DNA from: Iphione sp. A-MEVVRFRX5
Lineage: Eukaryota
Length of the DNA: 64,000 nucleotides
NCBI GenBank assembly: GCA_976226885.1
Contig: OZ320316.1
Location: 62,930,001 to 62,994,000 of the forward strand
Direction of reading: 5' to 3'
Below the pieces are notes generated by a model. That model was not told the DNA's origin and did no database searches. It worked only from the letters and a program-made list of their open reading frames with translations. The position numbers were made by a program, and so were the translations under genes. The first letter of the stretch is position 1; every line of letters starts with the position of its first letter. Of this stretch, positions 63,331 to 64,000 are shown piece by piece.

Positions 63331-64000
63331 TGTGTCTGCTGTAAGCCCTGTAAAATCACTGTATGGGACTGTGAAGTATCTGTGTGTGGGTGTCCACTGT
63401 AACTGAGTGTCTGCTGTGTCCGGGCTGTTGTAAACATGTTATTTACTGTTCATGTTCGGGACTATCCTTCAGACGTCCGGTGCAGGGGGTGTCCACTGTG
63501 TCCAGGCGTCCGTTGTCAGGGTCTCCACTGTATATATATGTTACTGAGTAGATGTTAAAATGAACCTGGAAACGAAAGCGGTTGAGCAGAAAAGATAATA
63601 GTGCCTACATTTGGCGTATGTATACCTAAAAATGAAAAATTAACCAGTTACTATTTGCGTAACGAAAGTATTTGCTAGGTCGATTGAAAAATGTTTTTTT
63701 TAGTGTCTCAATAAGAAGTCAATTACTCCAAGGGAAACCAAGGATGGACGTTCTAGAGATTATTGAATGCTGGAGTTTTGTAAAGATCTGTAATTTGACC
63801 CAGAGCCTATTTATGTAGCTGGAATACAGAACCCTAAGAGAGATCAGTTGGCCACAGATGAACATCATGTGGTTTCAAAGTACAATTGTGGTGATTTGAA
63901 TGCTATAGCGATGAGTACGCCACCTAGAGTATAATGTGTAAATTTGTCCTAGAAAATTATTGGTTAAAAATCCGGCCTTCAATAGAACTCTTTGCCTTCA

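Larger units (their letters stand above)
62823..63530. mobile_element. Tc1/mariner (pogo/Tigger-like) MITE, probably composite
   Basis: TA flanks (62821-22, 63531-32); CAGTG termini with imperfect TIRs CAGTGAAACCCCTCTACAGCGAAC vs (rc) CAGTGGAGACCCTGACAACGGAC; encloses a (CT)n tract and a minisatellite. Confidence 0.6.

Overview
Animal (invertebrate bilaterian) genomic DNA carrying the 3' four-fifths of a Dachsous (ds/DCHS1-2) giant protocadherin gene on the + strand. I could splice 16 GT-AG exons between 41579 and 59854 with every phase matching, giving 8301 nt = 2766 aa + stop: about 22 cadherin repeats (the first partial), one TM helix and a Ds-type cytoplasmic tail. The first exon opens in mid-repeat, so 1-41578 is most simply the 3' part of a giant (>41 kb) ds intron. 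That intron holds decayed TE fragments, MITEs, microsatellites, three assembly gaps and candidate cis-elements. The most striking signal is three near-perfect zero-length-exon motifs (polypyrimidine-CAG|GTRAG) at 4032, 17509 and 36154, all on the gene's sense strand and each followed 48-68 nt later by a second 5' splice site. This is the architecture of recursive (ratchet) splicing. A young, intact single-ORF APE-RT LINE with an 11-bp TSD sits in sense orientation in the intron after exon 43993-44223. It carries its own splice acceptor and poly(A) signal, so it could act as a gene trap. Also noted: a divergent triple CTCF-motif cluster at 39.6-39.7 kb, a TCF/LEF-site minisatellite inside a MITE downstream of the gene, and strong over-representation of the palindrome TACATGTA. 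Everything was read by eye; no searches or computations were run. Exons and introns are numbered within the window only.
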